Positions 58,255-64,000 of a stretch of DNA of 64,000 nt are shown one piece after another. Position 1 is the first letter of the stretch. Every line of letters begins with the position of its first letter. Position numbers and translations under genes: made by a program. The notes beneath the pieces are model-generated. The model saw only the letters and a program-made list of their open reading frames with translations, was not told the DNA's origin and did not search any database. Source of the DNA: a bacterium (GTDB lineage Bacteria > Zhuqueibacterota > Zhuqueibacteria > Oceanimicrobiales > Oceanimicrobiaceae); assembly GCA_037446635.1 (NCBI GenBank), contig JBBIIG010000001.1, positions 163,268-227,267 of the forward strand. The letters run 5' to 3'.

Positions 58255-60747
58255 TTAAAGCAATGACACCGGATCCACATCCACCGAAAGCTGGATGCCG
58301 CGAGTTTGAAACTCGGCGCGAAATTTTTTCTCCGCGTCGCGTACCGCCTGCCGGATGACTTTGCCGGCGGGATCGCGGCGTTTGCTTTCTTTGATGAGAA
58401 TGTGCCAGCGGTACTTGTTCTGAATTTTCACCAGCGGTGAGGGCGTCGGGCCGAGCACCTCAAATGGACCCTTTTGACTTTTTAAAACCTGAGCAAAATT
58501 CTCCGCCGACTCCATCACCTTCTTTTCATCCTTGCCTTTGAAAAGGATCGAAATGATTCGTCCGAACGGCGGATAAAGCAGCTCTCGGCGATCTTCAATT
58601 TCTTTGTTAAAAAATTTCACGAAGTCATGGGTTTTGGCGCAGACGAGACAGAAATGGAAGGGTGAATAGGTTTGGATGATCACCTCGCCGGGCAAATCCT
58701 TACGCCCGGCGCGGCCCGCAACCTGAGTCAAAAGTTGGAAGGCGCGCTCGCTGGCGCGGAAGTCGGGCAGAAACAAACCGATGTCGGCGTTGATTACTCC
58801 AACCAATGTCACTTTCTGGAAATCCAAGCCTTTGGCGATCATTTGGGTGCCGAGGAGGATATCGTATTTGCCGCGCTCGAAATCCTGCAAAATGCGATCG
58901 TGCGCCCACTTGCGGCCGGTGGTATCTAAATCCATGCGCACCGCCCGCGCTTCGGGAAAACGGAGCTTAATTTCTTCTTCCACTTGCTGGGTGCCGAGCC
59001 CTCGAAACAGAATATCGACGCCGCCGCACTCGGGGCAAACTTCGGGTGCCTTTTTTGAGTAACCGCAGTAGTGGCAGCGCAAACGCCGACCGCGTAAATG
59101 ATAGGTCAACGAAATCTGGCAATTTTTGCAATTCTCGATAAAACCGCACTCTTTGCATTTAATAAAATTAGAAAAACCGCGCCGGTTGAGTAGCAAAATA
59201 ACCTGCTGGTGATGGGCGAGGCGTTTTTCAATTTCCTGCACCAGCAGCCGGGAAAACACCGGCATCTCTTTTTTGCCGGATAACCGCTGCTCCTTTTGCA
59301 GCTCGATGATTTCAACTTTCGGCATCGGCACATCATCCACGCGCCGGCGCAATTCCAGTAATTGATATTTGCCAATTTTTGCGTTGTAATACGATTCCGC
59401 CGAAGGAGTGGCCGAGCCGAGGATCACAACGGCGTTGTTCAACTTGGCGCGCATCACCGCCACATCGCGGCCGTGATAGCGTGGATTGGGTTCCGCCTGT
59501 TTGTAGGAATCCTCCTGCTCCTCATCCACGACAATTAACCCTAACTTTCGCACCGGCGCAAAAATCGCCGAACGCGGCCCAATCGCCACCCGCGCCTCGC
59601 CGCTTTTGAGTCTGCGCCAGGAATCATAACGTTCTTCCGGGGACATGGCGCTGTGCAGCACCGCCACTTTCTCTTTGAAATGAGAACGGAAGCGCTGCAC
59701 GGTTTGCGGGGTCAACGAAATTTCCGGCACCAGCACAATGGCGTCTTTTCCCTTTTCCAAAATCGCATAAATGGCTTCGATATAAACCTGCGTCTTGCCG
59801 CTGCCGGTGACGCCGTGCAGCAAAAAGGGGGTGAATTGGTTTTGTTCGATGGCGGCCGCGATGCGCGCGAAAGCGGCTTGTTGCTCTTCATTAAGAGTAA
59901 TTTTGGGCGGCTCGAAAATTTCCGCGTGTTGATAATAATCCCGCGGCGCCTCTTTTTCATAAAATTCGACCAGCGAGCGTTTTTGGAGAGATTTCAACGT
60001 GCTCAAGCCGATGCCGCTAATGAACAGCAAATCTTTCTGGCTAATTTCGGCCGCGGTTTCTTTCAAAAACTGTAAGCAGCGAATCTGGCGCGCGGTTAAT
60101 TTTCGTTTGCCGTCTATTTTTGAATTCCAATCGTCCGTGTCGCTAATTGCTGGGTTCAGCCGCACGCATTTCACCAGTCGGGCTTGAGTTTTGGATTTTG
60201 GCAGGAGGTGCTGGAGGTGGACAAATCCCTGCGCCTGTAGTTCATTAATGCTGGACATCAAGTTGCGCGCGCCGATTCGTTTCATCAGCTGGGTCACTGG
60301 CAGCCGGCCGCTCTTGGCCAGATAGCGCACAATTTGCGCCTGGCGCGGGGCGGCGTTTTTCAACATCCAACCGAGGGACGAAACATGTTGCGCCGCCAAT
60401 TCCACGTATTGTTTGGATCGTTGAAACAAAATGGCGGGGAGGGCGGCGCGCAGGGCGTCGCCCAGCGGGCTTAGATAGTAATCGGAAATCCAAAGGGCTA
60501 AGCGATAAAGTTCCTCCGAAAACAGCGGCTGGGAGTCCAACACGTCCTGGATGTCCCGCAATTCAGACTCTGGCAAATCTGTGCGCTCTTTGCGCTCGAC
60601 GATAAAGCCGGTGAGCCGACGTTTGCCAAAGGGCGCCAGCACCCGACTGCCAATTTTGGCAAGAGGAGCCAGCTCCGGTGGCAAACGATAGGTGAAGGCG
60701 CGATCGATAGTTTGCGGAAAAACAACGTCGGCGAATGGGGCTTCCAT
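58255..60747 (-). CDS. priA: Primosomal protein N' (replication restart helicase PriA)
   Basis: Walker A GVTGSGKT, VVDEEQ, Cys-rich zinc region CKECGFIENCKNCQISLTYH...CHYCGY...CPECG. Start at MEAPFADV. Confidence 0.93.
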   Translation of the reverse strand: MEAPFADVVFPQTIDRAFTYRLPPELAPLAKIGSRVLAPFGKRRLTGFIVERKERTDLPESELRDIQDVLDSQPLFSEELYRLALWISDYYLSPLGDALRAALPAILFQRSKQYVELAAQHVSSLGWMLKNAAPRQAQIVRYLAKSGRLPVTQLMKRIGARNLMSSINELQAQGFVHLQHLLPKSKTQARLVKCVRLNPAISDTDDWNSKIDGKRKLTARQIRCLQFLKETAAEISQKDLLFISGIGLSTLKSLQKRSLVEFYEKEAPRDYYQHAEIFEPPKITLNEEQQAAFARIAAAIEQNQFTPFLLHGVTGSGKTQVYIEAIYAILEKGKDAIVLVPEISLTPQTVQRFRSHFKEKVAVLHSAMSPEERYDSWRRLKSGEARVAIGPRSAIFAPVRKLGLIVVDEEQEDSYKQAEPNPRYHGRDVAVMRAKLNNAVVILGSATPSAESYYNAKIGKYQLLELRRRVDDVPMPKVEIIELQKEQRLSGKKEMPVFSRLLVQEIEKRLAHHQQVILLLNRRGFSNFIKCKECGFIENCKNCQISLTYHLRGRRLRCHYCGYSKKAPEVCPECGGVDILFRGLGTQQVEEEIKLRFPEARAVRMDLDTTGRKWAHDRILQDFERGKYDILLGTQMIAKGLDFQKVTLVGVINADIGLFLPDFRASERAFQLLTQVAGRAGRKDLPGEVIIQTYSPFHFCLVCAKTHDFVKFFNKEIEDRRELLYPPFGRIISILFKGKDEKKVMESAENFAQVLKSQKGPFEVLGPTPSPLVKIQNKYRWHILIKESKRRDPAGKVIRQAVRDAEKKFRAEFQTRGIQLSVDVDPVSLL

Positions 60748-60806
60748 GAAAATCAATATAAAAGATTAATCGGACTGCCGCAATCGCGATTTTCGTTTTG
60801 GGGAAA

Positions 60807-60841
60807 TAAAAAACCCCGGAGTCTTTGAGGCTCCGGGGTTT
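60807..60841 (-). terminator. Rho-independent terminator of rpoD
   Basis: Minus strand: AAACCCCGGAG cctcaaaga CTCCGGGGTTTTTTATTT, 22 nt after the rpoD stop. Confidence 0.75.
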
Positions 60842-60862
60842 GCCGTTCCAAAGCGCGGGCTA

Positions 60863-61720
60863 CTAACCGAGATACTTTCGCAGCGGTTCCAGCCGCGAAC
60901 GGTGCCGCATGCGGCGCAATGCCTTCTCTTTGATTTGGCGAACACGCTCACGGGTGAGTTGGAAATGCTCGCCAATTTCTTCCAGAGTCAGCGGGCGATC
61001 ACCCTCGAGGCCGAAATAGAGCCGGATGATCTCCGCTTCGCGCGGCTTGAGAGTCACCAACACTTTGTCAATTTCCTCTTTTAGCGACTCCTGCATCAAC
61101 GAGTCGTCGGGAGGGGCGTACTTGTCGCTCTCCAGCACGTCGAGCAGGTTGTTGCCTTCATCTTCTTTGAATGGCTCATCCAACGAGAGATGGCGCGCGG
61201 AGGTTTTCAAGACATCGGCTACTTCGTAATCGGTCATTTCCATGGTGTCCGCCACTTCCGACATGCTGGGCTCGCGGCCAAATTCTTTTTCCAACTTTTC
61301 CAGCACGCGGCCAACCTTATTGATGGCGCCGACGCGGTTCAACGGCAGCCGCACCACCCGCGACTGCTCGGCCAATGCCTGCAAGATCGACTGACGAATC
61401 CACCACACAGCATAAGAAATGAATTTAAAGCCGCGGGTTTCGTCAAACCGCTGAGCGGCTTTGATGAGACCGAGGTTCCCCTCGCTGATCAAATCCTGCA
61501 GCGGCAGCCCCTGGCCCTGGTATTCCTTGGCCACGCTGATCACGAACCGCAAATTCGCTTTCACCAACTTATCCAGCGCCTTGGATTCACCCTTACGGAT
61601 GCGGCGCGTCAACTCGATTTCTTCAGCAGGAGGAAGCGGGGTAAAACCGCCAATCTCCTCAAGATATTTTTCAATGGATTGTTTTGGCCGGTTATCTACT
61701 TTTTTTTGCTTTTTTGCCAT
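60863..61720 (-). CDS. rpoD: Primary-type sigma-70 factor, short (~285 aa) form
   Basis: Region 2 (NLRFVISVAKEYQGQGL, FISYAVWWIRQSI), region 3, region 4.2 (TLEEIGEHFQLTRERVRQIKEKAL). Start at MAKKQKK. Confidence 0.88.
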   Translation of the reverse strand: MAKKQKKVDNRPKQSIEKYLEEIGGFTPLPPAEEIELTRRIRKGESKALDKLVKANLRFVISVAKEYQGQGLPLQDLISEGNLGLIKAAQRFDETRGFKFISYAVWWIRQSILQALAEQSRVVRLPLNRVGAINKVGRVLEKLEKEFGREPSMSEVADTMEMTDYEVADVLKTSARHLSLDEPFKEDEGNNLLDVLESDKYAPPDDSLMQESLKEEIDKVLVTLKPREAEIIRLYFGLEGDRPLTLEEIGEHFQLTRERVRQIKEKALRRMRHRSRLEPLRKYLG

Positions 61721-62188
61721 GACCAATTCGTTTACCCTTTCAATATATGATTTTATCTATAGTTAAATATAGTCTCTTTCTTTAGGCTGTTTTCGACCAC
61801 TTTATACCAGCACAGCCAATATTTTGTTTCCCATGAATTAAGATTAGCGGAGACAAACTGAGCGCTTAAATTTTCGCTGAGGGTTAGTTTAAAATCCACT
61901 GTTGTAGCTGACGGGCCGCCTGACTTCCTTTTTAGAAGCCACGCCAGTATCGTTAGATAACGACTCCTGACGCTCTCTCCTCCCTTCACCTCAAGTTTAA
62001 AACAGCCGTAAATATAATGTCCTAAATAGGCGTTGTCAAGTTATATTTTCGTTTTGGCGGTTTCATTTTGGCTGTCTATATATAGCGCTTATGGAATCGA
62101 ATTGCATAAAATATGCTAATTTTACTTATGTTACCATTTAGCGGCTAAAGAAAACAAGAAAGTAGCCGATGAACAAGAGACCAATAAG

Positions 62189-63082
62189 ATGATGAAAACT
62201 TCAAAAACCACCCTTCCGCTGGCCGAACGCCCTGCTTACAAAGGCTTAGTCCAGCTTAGCGAGCACCTCATAAAAGTGGTTCGCGAGAAAAAAGAGCACC
62301 TGAAAATGGCGCAGGAGCAGTTGTCGCAAACCGGCAAATTGGCTACTCTGGGCACGCTGGGCGCGGAAATCGCCCACGAGCTCAACAACCTGCTGACCAT
62401 CATCAGCGCGGAGGCGGATGAAATTCAAGATTCCGTAAATGACGGGCGGCTGGATTGGCAGCAGACCTCCAATTCCGCCAAAAATATCAAACATTATGCC
62501 CAACGCATGCGCTTGATTGTCGATCACATCCGCGAGTACACCTGGGACGACAGCCATTCCAATCGCATCCCGGTGGATATAAATGATGTCATCCGAGATT
62601 CCCTCATCTTGCTGAATTCTTCGCTAAAAAAAGACGGGATTGAGGTGAGAGCGGGGCTGACGGAAAATCTTCCCCATATTTGGGGCCATCGCAACAAATT
62701 GGAGTCGGTCTTTCAAAACTTGATCGCCAACGCGCGCGATGCCCTGCGGGCCTCTGGCAAAAAAGAAAATAAAACCATCCAAATTCTGACTCAAAAAATA
62801 AACGAAGAACAAATTGCAGTTAAAATTTCCGACAACGGCTGCGGCATGACCGACGAAGTGCAACGTAAAGTCTTCCAACCGTTTTTTACCACAAAAGGCC
62901 GCGGTGAAGGTACCGGACTGGGTTTATCTATCGCTTACTCAATTATCAAAGAACATCAAGGTGACATTTTTCTGCAATCTGAAGTGGGCGCAGGAACGGA
63001 ATTTATTGTCGTGCTTCCAGTGGAGAGAAGACACATCAATGAGGCTGAACGGAGTGAAAAAAAACATTTTGATCATCGATGA
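62189..63082 (+). CDS. Cytoplasmic sensor histidine kinase (HisKA + HATPase_c)
   Basis: H-box EIAHELNNLL. N-box NLIANARDA. G1 DNGCGM. G2 GTGLGLSI. Confidence 0.88.
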   Translation: MMKTSKTTLPLAERPAYKGLVQLSEHLIKVVREKKEHLKMAQEQLSQTGKLATLGTLGAEIAHELNNLLTIISAEADEIQDSVNDGRLDWQQTSNSAKNIKHYAQRMRLIVDHIREYTWDDSHSNRIPVDINDVIRDSLILLNSSLKKDGIEVRAGLTENLPHIWGHRNKLESVFQNLIANARDALRASGKKENKTIQILTQKINEEQIAVKISDNGCGMTDEVQRKVFQPFFTTKGRGEGTGLGLSIAYSIIKEHQGDIFLQSEVGAGTEFIVVLPVERRHINEAERSEKKHFDHR

Positions 63083-63464
63083 CGAACAAATCATCCGCGA
63101 TATTTTGACCCGCCGGCTCGAGCGGCTGGGGTTTCAGGTGTTGACGGCGGGCGACGGCTCACAGGGAATCGAGATCATCAAAAACATCGGACTGGATTTG
63201 GTTATTTGCGATATCAAATTGCCCAACGGGGTATCGGGAATGGAGGTGCTGTGTGCGCTGAAGCAAAGCCAGCCGCTGACGCCTTTCGTGGCCACCTCCG
63301 GGCTCCATTCCACCAGCTCCACCGTGCAGGAAATCATTCAAAACGGCGCGGCGCTTTTTTTGAAAAAGCCCTTCTCGTCTCTAAACGAAGTGGCCGACCA
63401 AATTAGCCGCTTGCTCAACGTTCCCACGCCGTCAAATCGTCCACCGACCACCGCGGTCGCCTGA
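63039..63464 (+). CDS. Single-domain response regulator (CheY-like)
   Basis: Start at MRLNGVKKNILIIDDEQ. Canonical DD, D (LVICDIKLP), S/T (VATSG) and K (FLKKPF). Overlaps the end of the kinase gene. Confidence 0.85.
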   Translation: MRLNGVKKNILIIDDEQIIRDILTRRLERLGFQVLTAGDGSQGIEIIKNIGLDLVICDIKLPNGVSGMEVLCALKQSQPLTPFVATSGLHSTSSTVQEIIQNGAALFLKKPFSSLNEVADQISRLLNVPTPSNRPPTTAVA

Positions 63465-64000
63465 AAAGCGGTTGGAAATCACCACAACCGTTCCAATCAG
63501 AATAAACAAAAATACGCTGTACGCTGCCGCCGAACCGAGATTGAAAATCCGCAGTTGCGAAATGATTTCCACGGAAATCGGGCGGTTGGAATAATTATAA
63601 AGCAAAATGGAAGCGACGAACTCCCCCACTGCCAACACATACGCCAACAGCGCGCCCGAAACCACCCCCGGCGCAATCAACGGCAGCATCACTTTGCGGA
63701 AACTAAACCACCACGAAGCGCCCAAATTGCGCGCCGATTCCTCCAGCGACGGATCAAATTGTTCCAACGCGGCATACGTGGAACGGAACACCACCGGCAG
63801 GTTGCGGATGAAATAGGCCAGCGGCAAAATCCAGAACGTGCCCACTAAAATTTTTCCGGCCGACAAAAAACTGGGCCGATTGAACGCAACAATCAACCCG
63901 ATGGCCACCACCGTGCCGGGGATCGCCCACGGCAGCATGGTAAGCGCCTCCACCACCTTCTTTCCCCAAAATCGTTTTCGAATCAGCAAATACGCCGCAA
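63432..64000 (-). CDS. ABC transporter permease (3' part; ORF continues past the window end)
   Basis: EAA-loop-like LEESARNLGASWWFSFRKVMLP. Multiple TM segments. No stop upstream of 63989 in frame. Confidence 0.8.
   Translation of the reverse strand, partial: AAYLLIRKRFWGKKVVEALTMLPWAIPGTVVAIGLIVAFNRPSFLSAGKILVGTFWILPLAYFIRNLPVVFRSTYAALEQFDPSLEESARNLGASWWFSFRKVMLPLIAPGVVSGALLAYVLAVGEFVASILLYNYSNRPISVEIISQLRIFNLGSAAAYSVFLFILIGTVVVISNRFSGDRGGRWTI

Overview
This is a 64-kb bacterial chromosomal window. The host may be an uncultured FCB-group-like organism (287-aa primary sigma factor, single-cytochrome-b sdhCAB), but that is inference only.

Left flank: a partial GH-like gene, a prkA-yeaH-spoVR operon with an unknown fourth gene, then an intact comM.

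Bracketed segment: directly after comM lies a ~25.5-kb segment (8357-33914). It ends at a diverged second copy of the last 165 codons of comM (33915-34412). This is the footprint of an element integrated into the comM 3' end, but no recombinase is left.
- The left ~18.5 kb looks GC-richer and is one co-directional array: glgX, pfk, pgk, gap, fba, a YidE/AspT-type transporter, pckA, glgP, and an RND efflux operon. The RND pump ORF runs in frame, with no stop, into its outer-membrane factor.
- The right ~7 kb holds two paralogous sigma-54 activator/promoter modules, one of them decayed. Downstream are poorly characterised envelope/redox genes, several also decayed: a Cys-less thioredoxin fold, two DoxX, an RsbW-like ATPase and a DUF4136 lipoprotein.

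Right flank: rpsU, a 186-nt rod-like 6S-RNA-like element, peptidases, an NfeD-stomatin pair and a membrane-arm-only nuoAHJKLMN cluster. Then come sdhCAB (interrupted by a decayed DUF433/DUF5615 toxin-antitoxin remnant), priA, rpoD, a two-component pair and a partial ABC permease. The nuo and sdh spacers share two small repeat/hairpin families.

I saw no CRISPR array, rRNA, tRNA, transposase, integrase or recognisable defence system. All family calls come from motif recognition by eye; nothing was searched or computed beyond manual counting.
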